This document shows, one piece after another, positions 64,000 to 64,000 of a DNA stretch of 64,000 nt (position 1 is its first letter; each line of letters starts with the position of its first letter). The position numbers and the translations under genes are program-made. Source of the DNA: a virus; the IMG/VR virus record IMGVR_UViG_3300021138_000014, positions 1 to 64,000 of that record. One strand, written 5' to 3'. The notes beneath the pieces were generated by a model. It did no database searches, had not been told where the DNA came from, and worked only from the letters and a program-made list of their open reading frames with translations.

Positions 64000-64000
64000 T

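Noticed and set aside
56780-64000. Diversity-generating retroelement acting on fibre genes
   Set aside because: No reverse transcriptase and no near-identical TR/VR pair seen; paralogs are diverged throughout
1-64000. tRNA genes, integrase, att sites
   Set aside because: None recognised by eye in the few intergenic gaps; tRNAscan-SE/ARAGORN would be needed to exclude them formally

Overview
A 64-kb segment of a dsDNA tailed phage with a contractile tail (sheath, tube, baseplate J/gp25/hub/spike). The host is most likely an actinobacterium, based on WhiB, an actinobacterial-type LexA box and several leaderless TANNNT-N6-ATG promoters. Layout: (1) 1-9243, + strand arm of small early-type ORFs with a GP88-like protein, a multi-piece C5 DNA methyltransferase and a SAM-dependent methyltransferase; (2) about 9237-39219, - strand nucleotide, replication, recombination and lysis genes (2OG-Fe oxygenase, class II RNR, TGT-like/HAD-like/nucleotidyltransferase cluster, Ntn protease, metallophosphoesterase, SpoVS, RuvC, Cas4-like nuclease, WhiB, RecA, PolA, SSB, CHAP endolysin, SNF2 helicase, dNMP kinase, primase, DnaB, DnaC-like loader); (3) 39276-64000, - strand virion genes including a GT2-TPR glycosyltransferase and large fibre proteins. 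I saw no capsid, terminase large subunit, integrase, tRNA or CRISPR array. The strongest unexplained signal is two non-coding islands (752-1045 and 2212-2670) packed with binding sites for host proteins that are not encoded in this window: 11 CRP/GlxR-type TGTGA-N6-TCACA boxes (five back to back), a perfect parS, a perfect LexA SOS box and a GACAC motif. The islands also share a 47-bp UUCG-hairpin repeat and an identically spaced promoter, making them a candidate host-regulator decoy/docking platform. Second is a C5 methyltransferase encoded as three polypeptides, one nested out of frame. All product calls come from motif recognition by eye; no searches were run.
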